The notes under the pieces were generated by a model. The model did not search any database. It worked only from the letters and a program-made list of their open reading frames with translations, and had not been told where the DNA came from. 6,941 nt of DNA from Octopus sinensis (taxonomy: Eukaryota): contig NW_021829100.1 of the NCBI RefSeq assembly GCF_006345805.1, positions 1 to 6,941 of the forward strand, read 5' to 3'. The position numbers were made by a program, and so were the translations under genes. Positions within the stretch are counted from its first letter, which is position 1; each line of letters starts with the position of its first letter. Positions 1 to 5,848 of this stretch are shown piece by piece.

Positions 1-120
1 TACGTATTTATATTTTATATATTCGTATGTATATATATATATATATAATATATATAATATATAGGATGTATATATACATATGTATGTATGTGGATATATA
101 CATTTGTGTGCATGTATATA
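1..120. repeat. Degenerate (TA)n/(TATG)n microsatellite
   Basis: Alternating TA and TATG/TACA units read directly from the sequence. Confidence 0.9.
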
Positions 121-134
121 TCACATTGAGGCAT

Positions 135-262
135 TTACTCGATCAATCTACCCCAGTAATATTCTTGAGTACTGATACGTAGCTTATTGATCCATTGTCA
201 CGAACTGTTGAGGTCAAAGCGTAAGGTAAACATCATTTCAAGCTGTCAAGCGGGGGATAGTT
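135..262 (-). mobile_element. Old, diverged SINE 3'-half relic (same family as 4905-5030)
   Basis: CGAACTGTTGAGGTCA...GTAAACATCA resembles the reverse complement of 4915-4975 (CAACTGCTAAGTTATGGGATGTAAACTCA). TCGATCAATCTACCCCAGTA resembles GTCGATTACATCGACCCCAGT of the SINE at 2379-2829. Confidence 0.5.
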
Positions 263-361
263 GAACACTAACATGAATATGCAAGTACGCATGTGCACAC
301 ATGTACACTCACACACACCATTTTATTCCGATATAACCGACACATACAGACGGATCGAAGG

Positions 362-750
362 AGAGATATATCCACATATACATCTGAATTTCTTTGAAAT
401 CTTGAAACCCTGGAACTGACCAAGTCTCTGCAACCTAAAATAATGTAGTCAGACTAATTCTAAACACTAACAAAGCTTGGGATTTTGGATGATATAGAAG
501 TATTCGAAAACATTGAACGAGCTAACGAAGTCATAGAGATCTGAGATAGCTTCTCCCTGTCACCACCATAAGTAATTTCATTTTTAACGTCTTCTATCCG
601 TCTGGAGAATCAACTCAATTATATAAACATATAACTGGCTTAGAAGACTTAAAATTTCTAAACTTCTCCACTAGCAAGTTAGGACTAATATAACGCGATT
701 ACTGAGGCCTTTCTTTTTTAGCCAAAGCACTTGCAGATATTTCTCAATGT
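362..750 (+). pseudogene. Decayed leucine-rich-repeat coding segment (putative TLR ectodomain relic)
   Basis: Frame from 392 reads L*NLETLELTKSLQPKIM*SD*F*T then LTKLGILD from 467: two LxxLxxLx(L) motifs exactly 25 codons apart, with FxxLxxLxxLD spacing. Frame from 637 reads GLEDLKFLNFSTSKLGLI*RDY*GLSFLAKALADISQ, an LxxLxxLxFxxSxL motif. Many stops and a frameshift are present. Confidence 0.45.
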
Positions 751-855
751 TTGCCTATATATCAGTGTTTACCTATCAGTGTTTGCCTATATAGTTTGCC
801 TATCAGTGTTCGCCTATATATAAATATATATATAGTTCGCCTATATATAGATGTA
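749..855 (+). repeat. Irregular minisatellite, six copies of GTT(T/C)(G/A)CCTAT separated by CAGT or TA spacers
   Basis: Units start at 749, 767, 781, 794, 808 and 835. This explains the N-terminal part of ORF 751-954. Confidence 0.85.
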
Positions 856-1062
856 TATATAGTCAGACGCCATGATAGATCGTTAGCCACTACATACATT
901 TTTTTCTCTCTCCTTATTTCTCTCCTTGTTTTTTCCCTGTCCCTTTCTGTATAAGAGCGTAGGCTCGAAACGTAAAAAACTTTTTATATTCCTGAGCGTT
1001 ATTCTAATACATCTGTTTGTTTTGTAAACCTGTCTTCGTTTTTGCTTTTTCCGTAAACTCTC
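856..1062 (+). mobile_element. Penelope-like retroelement terminal (pLTR-like) fragment
   Basis: Contains a hammerhead-like core (947-974) after a pyrimidine-rich tract. It is bracketed by the direct repeat CCTATATATAGATGTA (840-855) / CCTATATATATAGATGTA (1063-1080), which differ by one TA. The association of minimal hammerheads with Penelope-like elements is established knowledge; the family assignment is inference. Confidence 0.55.
939..980 (+). ncRNA. Degenerate minimal type I hammerhead ribozyme-like motif
   Basis: CTGTATA-A-GAGC-gtag-GCTC-GAAA-CGTA: perfect 4-bp stem II (955-958/963-966), GAAA (967-970), palindromic ACGT stem III and a GUA cleavage triplet. The CUGANGA core is mutated to CUGUAUA, so it is probably inactive. 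Confidence 0.55.
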
Positions 1063-1074
1063 CCTATATATATA

Positions 1075-1348
1075 GATGTAACTATTTACAGATATGCTCT
1101 CGAGATATGTACCTGTAAACAAATGTATGTATTTTATTACTCTTTATAGTTTAGAGTTTGTGACGTTATGCATACGCAATAGTGTGCCTAAATTCTTTTC
1201 AAGAAATTCAAATAGAGAATTGATGGATAATTTGGATTTATGTTTGACGGTATATGAAATACTTTGTGCGTTCAAGTTTATCGTTATCTAATGTGAAGCA
1301 ATCATCTGATGATAAACTTGTCTAATTTCTAAAATATCCATGACATAT
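1075..1348 (+). pseudogene. Possible LRR C-terminal cap / transmembrane / juxtamembrane relic of the same TLR-like pseudogene
   Basis: LEICTCKQMYVF (CxC at 1108-1116), hydrophobic VYEILCAFKFIVI, then FLKYP*HI*VIIL (1326-1348 joined to 1875-1890 after SINE removal). Three frames are needed, so support is weak on its own. Confidence 0.3.
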
Positions 1349-1860
1349 GTGACCTCCTTCGGTCATGAATGACCTGGAATGAATGACCTGGAAAGTTACC
1401 CTCCGAGGTACAAGTCTGGGCAGGGTTGTTTATGGAAGACCAGCAGTCGCCCATGCATACCAGCCTCTCCTCTCCACACCACCAATGTTATCCAAGGGAA
1501 AGGCAAAGGCCAATACAGCTTGGCACCAGTGACGTCGCAGCTCATTTATTAAAGTGCAAGTGGCTGAGCACCCCACAGACACGTGTACCCTTAACGTAGT
1601 TCTCGGAGAGATTCAGCGTGGCACAGAGTGTGACAAGGCTGGTCCTTTGAAATACAGGTACAACAGAAACAGGAAGAAAGAGTGAGAGAAAGTTGTGGTG
1701 AAAGAGTACAGCAGGGTTCACTACTACCCACTGTCGGAGCCTCGTGGAGCTTTAGGTGTTTTCGCTCAATAAACACTCACAACATCTTGTCTGGGAATCG
1801 CAACCGCGATCCTACGACCGCGAGTCCGCTGCCCTAACCACTGGGCCATTGCGCCTCCAC
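1349..1860 (-). mobile_element. Full-length tRNA-derived SINE (head A + body 1 + tail 3) with 14-bp target-site duplication
   Basis: Minus strand begins GTGGAGGCGCAATGGCCCAGTGGTTAGG, with A box TGGCCCAGTGG and B-box-like GGTTGCGATTCC. Perfect TSD TATCCATGACATAT at 1335-1348 and 1861-1874. The head is nearly identical to 4450-4616 and the body matches 3028-3125. Confidence 0.92.
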
Positions 1861-2048
1861 TATCCATGACATATATGAGTTATTATTCTGTAGATATTCC
1901 CGTATTGCGTTTAACGAATTATTTCCCTTTGGAAAGAGTTATGTTGTAGATCTTAACAAATATATGGAGAAAGAGCGATTCATAAGAAACATATATTGCT
2001 TTATCGAAATTAACAGAGAAGTGAAAGATTTGAAGAGAAAAAAGTTGG

Positions 2049-2081
2049 AGTGAAATCAAAGTGAAATTAAAGTGAAATCAA
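2049..2081 (+). repeat. 3 x 11-bp tandem repeat AGTGAAAT(C/T)AA
   Basis: Copies at 2049, 2060 and 2071. Confidence 0.85.
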
Positions 2082-2229
2082 AAAGTACCACAAAAGCCGA
2101 CACGAATGTTTCTGATACATGTTTACATAGAAAGCCAAGCGGATTTGTAAAAAATATATAGGGAAACGAAAATTTTAAAGTATCAGAGACTTTATAAGCA
2201 TAAAGTACAGTGACATCAGATGTGTGTAT

Positions 2230-2378
2230 TTGAATTTAATGTGAGATATTTATGCATGTTTATGCGTATATTAAAGCTGAGTGAGGGATGGGATTGTGAG
2301 AGTGACTCTTCTCGAAAAACAGTTAACTATTCATTCAGATGATAGAATGCTTTTCCAGCGATTCATAAGTTGCTTTGG
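2230..2378 (+). pseudogene. Possible N-terminal part of a decayed TIR domain
   Basis: VRDGIVRVTLLEKQLTIHSDDRMLFQRFI from 2281. RD(G)IVRVTLLEK matches the TLR TIR alphaA pattern D.DWV...LL.KLE if GGG (2290-2292) was TGG. FQRFI resembles H.RDF(I/L). Confidence 0.4.
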
Positions 2379-2829
2379 ACTCAGAACGTAACCGCAGACG
2401 AAATACCTATTTCTTTATTACCCACAAGGGGCTAAACACAGAGGGAACAAACAAGGACAGACAGACATAGGTATTAAGTCGATTACATCGACCCCAGTGC
2501 GTAACTGGTACTTATTTAATCGACCCCGAAAGGATGAAAGGCAAAGTCGACCTCGGCGGAATTTGAACTCAGAACGTAACCGCAGACGAAATACCTATTT
2601 CTTTATTACCCACAAGGGGTTAAACACAGAAGGGGACAAACAAGGACAGACATAGGTGTTAAGTCGATTACATCGACCCCAGTGCGTAACTGGTACTTAA
2701 TATATCGACCCCGAAGGGATGAAAGGCAAAGTCGACCTCGGCGGAATTTGAACTCAGAACGTAAAGGCAGACGAAATACCGCTAAGCATTTCACCCGGCG
2801 TGCTAACGTTTCTACCAGCTCGCCGCCTT
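2379..2829 (-). mobile_element. tRNA-headed SINE (MetaSINE-like central domain) as a head-to-tail concatemer: one full monomer, one A-box-less 188-bp unit, one 29-bp partial unit
   Basis: Head GGCGGCGAGCTGGTAGAAACGTTAG (A-box-like) and B box GAGTTCAAATTCC. ACTCAGAACG recurs at 2379, 2567 and 2752 (spacings 188 and 185 bp). The central GCCTTTCATCCTTTCGGGGTCGATTAAATAAGTACCAG resembles, from memory, the Meta domain. Confidence 0.88.
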
Positions 2830-2894
2830 ATTACGATAACTATATCGTTGCCATGTGTATTGTTATATATCTTAGTGAATTCTATGTCGTTGAT
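2830..2894 (+). pseudogene. Possible middle part of the decayed TIR domain (alphaB'-betaC-alphaC)
   Basis: YDNYIVAMCIVIYLSEFYVVD resembles DNI..AI..SRK.I.VLS..F with the SRK segment missing. It lies directly after the SINE that interrupts the upstream TIR-like piece. Confidence 0.4.
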
Positions 2895-3155
2895 GTGTTG
2901 TGTCTTAGTTGTTAGCTGACGATCGTTAGGTCATGAGTTCGATTCCAGGCGGCGCGTTGTGTCCTTCACTAAGGCCCTTTATTTCAGCTTACTCCAGTTC
3001 ACTTAGCTGGCAAAAAGTGTAGTATGTGTATTTCAAAGGGCCAGCCTTGTCATATTCTGTGTTACACTGAACCTCGGTTAGAACTAAGTAAATGATACGC
3101 GTGTCTGTGGAGCGCTCAGCCACATGTACGTGCAGGTTGTTCTGTTGATCAGCTC
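2895..3155 (+). mobile_element. Diverged tRNA/CORE-like SINE (head B + body 1), 5' part, interrupted by a LINE
   Basis: Degenerate A box TGTCTTAGTTG (2901-2911) and B box GAGTTCGATTCC (2935-2946). GTTGTGTCCTT...CTTTATTTCA...CCAGTTCACTTAGCTG resembles the CORE domain of MIR-type SINEs. 3028-3052 matches the reverse complement of 1631-1655 at 24/25. Confidence 0.8.
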
Positions 3156-3505
3156 ACTTGTACTTGTACTTGTGGCGGCATTCACCTTGGGCGGGTTGAG
3201 TCGGCTTCTTCTACAACCTTCGAGGCATCTCGAACCATGGCAGCCCACGCACGACGGTCCTGCGCCAGTCACGGTTCCATCGGCGCAGGCCGACCACCTG
3301 CGGCCCCGTGAGCACGGTGAGGTCCTCCTTGATCGTCGTAACCCAGGTCTTCAGCTGCCCGCCCGCGCGTTTCCGCCAGTTGGGAAGTGGAGTTGGGAGA
3401 AGGACATCACGGATCAGTTCACCCACCGGACGCCTACATGCATGGCCAAAGCACCGCAAGCGCCGTTGCAGAAGGGCAGATGGAAGGGGCCGCAGAGACA
3501 GCTTG
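3156..3505 (-). mobile_element. 5'-truncated RTE-clade LINE fragment (ORF C-terminus plus tail)
   Basis: LQRRLRCFGHACRRPVGELIRDVLLPTPLPNWRKRAGGQLKTWVTTIKEDL...RRWNRDW, then after a frameshifting deletion AQDRRAWAAMVRDASKVVEEADSTRPR*. This is the RRLRWFGH...W..T.KEDL post-RT region of RTE elements. It ends in an (ACAAGT)3 tandem tail at 3156-3173. Confidence 0.88.
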
Positions 3506-3541
3506 ACTGGAATTCTCGTCGTCGCAACCGACGGAGTGCCA
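3506..3541 (+). mobile_element. Probable 3' tail of the SINE begun at 2895
   Basis: ACTGGAATTCTCGTCGTCGCAACCGACGGAGTGCCA matches my recollection of the family 3' end. No second copy exists in this window to confirm it. Confidence 0.55.
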
Positions 3542-3777
3542 GAGAAGTGAAATTCGACAATATCAAATTGGGTATACTTCAAGTAACTTCTAAGTCAGTT
3601 AATGTCTGTACTGCTATTAATTCAATGGTCAGATGTTTAGTTGTGTGGTTTCTAATCTTCCTGATAATGTCACTTCCAAATTTGCTACTAATTAATCCGA
3701 TGTCTACCTTACTAGTATTTATGATGGATACCTCACGCTTGGATAATCAGTCTAATTTATGAGTTAATTTAGTTCGT

Positions 3778-3860
3778 ATGCGCACGCGTGTGTGTGTCTG
3801 TGTGAGTGTATGTCCGTGTCTGTGAGTGTATGTCCGTGCTTGTGCGCGTGTGCGGGTGCT
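3778..3860. repeat. Degenerate (TG)n with an internal ~20-bp duplication (GTCTGTGAGTGTATGTCCGT)
   Basis: Read directly. Explains the start of ORF 3806-4018. Confidence 0.8.
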
Positions 3861-3975
3861 TGTACGTTAGTATATTAATCGGGTTTGATAGAATCTGTGA
3901 AGCGTCACAAGAAAATATAGATTGTAAACTTTCCGTCCGTTTGCGCCAGTTCTACTCTGTTATTCCACAATCAGA

Positions 3976-4065
3976 GATCGATAAATATATTCCAGACAGA
4001 GTACGGAGATCATTCTAATCGACTAAAAGCGATTAAATGCGGTGCTCCAGCAAAAAAGGCCACTC
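3976..4065 (+). mobile_element. Old SINE relic (Meta-like domain 3' part plus GCGGTGCTCCAGCA tail)
   Basis: ATCGATAAATATATTCCAG...TAATCGACTAAAA aligns loosely to the reverse complement of 2473-2525. GGTGCTCCAGCA resembles GGTGTATCAGCA at 5006-5018. Confidence 0.55.
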
Positions 4066-4079
4066 AATGAAAAACACTG

Positions 4080-4167
4080 ATAATATATTACTGAAGATAT
4101 ATATACATATGTATATTAATATCTCTCAGTTAATACATTATTGTTATTATATATATATATATATTAG

Positions 4168-4224
<57 letters not shown>

Positions 4225-4242
4225 ATGTATGTATGCATTGCG

Positions 4243-4280
<38 letters not shown>

Positions 4281-4331
4281 CACGTGATCAGGTGATATAT
4301 ATTATATATATAATATATATATATATATATA
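4080..4331. repeat. Long interrupted (TA)n tract
   Basis: Read directly. It contains an embedded CGGTCACGTGATCAGGTGA at 4277-4295. Confidence 0.92.
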
Positions 4332-4613
4332 TCACGTGATCACATGACTGACCAACCATCAGATGTTGTCACACATTGTTGGTCACAATGCGTTCGCATT
4401 GTTTTAGCCTTCGAATGACGCCATCCCGCTGGCTAAGCGAGCAGGCCAACAGAAGAAAGAGTGAGAGAAAGTGTGGTGAAAGAGTACAGCAGGGATCATC
4501 CCCCTGACGGAGGCTCGTGGAGCTTTTTTTAGGTGTTTTCGCTCAATAAACACTCACAACGCCTGGTCTGGGAATCGAAACCGCGATCCTACGACCGCGA
4601 GTCCGCTGCCCTC

Positions 4614-4616
<3 letters not shown>
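4332..4616 (-). mobile_element. tRNA-derived SINE (head A + tail 2), A box deleted, inserted in (TA)n
   Basis: 4450-4610 is nearly identical to 1673-1830, with B box GGTTTCGATTCC. The 3' part differs and ends in GTGATCACGTGA. TA runs flank both sides. Confidence 0.9.

Positions 4617-4651
<35 letters not shown>
4617..4651. repeat. (TA)n microsatellite
   Basis: Read directly. Confidence 0.95.
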
Positions 4652-4655
<4 letters not shown>

Positions 4656-4861
4656 AATAAACTCAGACAAAATTTCTTCTTAAGAAAACATACATATTCA
4701 AATAAGTAAAACATAATATCATGAATAGCAATAGCGAAACCGGTCGATGTATTAAAAATTATATTAAAACTATGTAAGTGTGCGTATGTTCCTTTTTTAA
4801 TTTCTTATATACATTATAACTCACCCCGCGGGGATAGTCGAAACTCCTCTTTTCTGTTGCT

Positions 4862-4863
<2 letters not shown>

Positions 4864-4902
<39 letters not shown>
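4864..4902. repeat. (TA)n microsatellite
   Basis: Read directly. Confidence 0.95.
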
Positions 4903-4904
<2 letters not shown>

Positions 4905-4905
<1 letters not shown>

Positions 4906-5030
4906 GTAACTGGTGTTGGTGAGTTTACATCCCATAACTTAGCAGTTGGGCGAAAGGGGCAAATGGAATAAGTACCAAGCTTTAAAAAAAAAAAATTCCT
5001 CAACGTGGTGTATCAGCATGGCCGCAGTCT
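4905..5030 (+). mobile_element. SINE 3'-half relic
   Basis: GTTTACATCCCATAACTTAGCAGTTGGGCGAAA...GAATAAGTACCA...CAGCATGGCCGCAGTC. It shares AATAAGTACCA with the 2379-2829 family and is similar to the relics at 135-262 and 3976-4065. Confidence 0.65.
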
Positions 5031-5084
5031 GATGTCTCTCTCCCCTTCTCTCTCTCTCATCTTTCTATTAGTTTGTCAGACACA

Positions 5085-5174
5085 CATACATACATACATA
5101 CATACATACATGCATACATGCATACATACATACATACATACGTACATACATACATACATACATACATACATACA
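5085..5174. repeat. (CATA)n tetranucleotide microsatellite
   Basis: Read directly. It produces the HTYI and MYVC repeats in ORFs 5005-5325 and 5076-5411. Confidence 0.95.
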
Positions 5175-5189
5175 TGTACGTATACTGAA

Positions 5190-5463
5190 TACATGTGGCG
5201 TAGTGATTAGGATGTCACACTCCTTGATGCAAAACCGTGATTTCGATTCCCAGATCGGAGTTGCTGTCTGCTGTTGCACAAAACACTTCCTTTCACGTCG
5301 CCTCAGTCCACTTGTGACGGAATAGCGTTCGGTGCAGGGGAAAATTTGGCCCTCCCGTCTAGCAAGCGGGACGGCATCATACAAAAGCCACAACAATACA
5401 AGGAAGCGCATTGTGACCAGCGGTTTTATAACAACATCCGATATTCAGGTTGATAGAATGATA
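5190..5463 (+). mobile_element. Diverged tRNA/CORE-like SINE (head B + tail 2)
   Basis: A box TGGCGTAGTGA (5196-5206) and B box GATTTCGATTCC (5239-5250). The CORE-like block matches the 2895 copy at 19/28. The tail GCGCATTGTGACCAGC...ACAACATCCGAT matches the reverse complement of 4357-4392. Confidence 0.78.
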
Positions 5464-5464
5464 T

Positions 5465-5544
5465 ATGTGTGTATGTGTGTGCGTGCGTGTGTGTGTGCGT
5501 ATATGTGTCTGTGTGTGTCTGTGTGTGTGTGTGTGCGCGTGTGT
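5465..5544. repeat. (TG)n-type microsatellite
   Basis: Read directly. Confidence 0.92.
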
Positions 5545-5571
5545 TTACATATACAGCGTGAAAGTCGGAGT

Positions 5572-5668
5572 GATAGATAGGCAGACAGACACAGAGACAA
5601 TGAGAGGGAAAGTGGAAAACAGAGACAGTGATAAATAGACACAAAATACTGCAATAGGAGAGAGGGAG

Positions 5669-5725
<57 letters not shown>
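5572..5725. repeat. Purine-rich tract with (GATA)n and (GA)n
   Basis: Read directly. Confidence 0.9.
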
Positions 5726-5727
<2 letters not shown>

Positions 5728-5814
5728 CAGTGCAATAATGGCGGGGAAAGTGAAAGTAAAAGAAAGTCTATATATTAAATTACATTATATGCTATTATAT
5801 TTTATTTTCGTCTT

Positions 5815-5848
5815 TATTATTGTTATTATTATTATTATTATTATTATT
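5815..5848. repeat. (ATT)n microsatellite
   Basis: Read directly. Confidence 0.9.

Noticed and set aside
380-565. Minus-strand mini-exons (GEAISDLYDFVSSFNVFEYFYIIQNPKL; VAETWSVPGFQDFKEIQ) with a CTGAC...TTTTAG acceptor-like site
   Set aside because: The implied intron is only 37 nt, the donors are weak and no protein family was recognised. Not excluded without RNA-seq.
347-604. 13/14 inverted repeat CAGACGGATCGAAG (347-360) / CTTCTATCCGTCTG (591-604) as MITE terminal repeats
   Set aside because: No target-site duplication, the match is short enough to arise by chance in 7 kb, and the interior is better explained by LRR-like relics.
1306-1320. CTGATGA as a hammerhead core
   Set aside because: No stem II or downstream GAAA follows.
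1780-1860. tRNA gene (also at 2750-2829, 4570-4616 and 5190-5255)
   Set aside because: A and B boxes are present but there is no complete cloverleaf, and each continues into a SINE body. These are SINE heads.
2379-2829. CRISPR-like array or satellite
   Set aside because: The units are ~186-bp SINE copies with no unique spacers, in a eukaryotic context.
2898-2912. TTG-TGT as the TIR WC motif
   Set aside because: It overlaps the degenerate A box of the SINE starting near 2895, so it is not counted as TIR evidence.
3545-3760. C-terminal TIR (LPDN...F as WP...FW) or an LRR N-cap (SNLPDNVTS)
   Set aside because: Both readings are weak and mutually exclusive, so no feature is called.
3124-3762. 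212-aa plus-strand ORF
   Set aside because: It spans a SINE, the antisense strand of the RTE LINE, a SINE tail and AT-rich DNA, so it is a composite of unrelated pieces with no recognisable domain.
5005-5654. ORFs 5005-5325, 5076-5411, 5332-5580, 5426-5644 and 5445-5654
   Set aside because: They are translations of (CATA)n, (TG)n and (GA)n microsatellites and SINE sequence.
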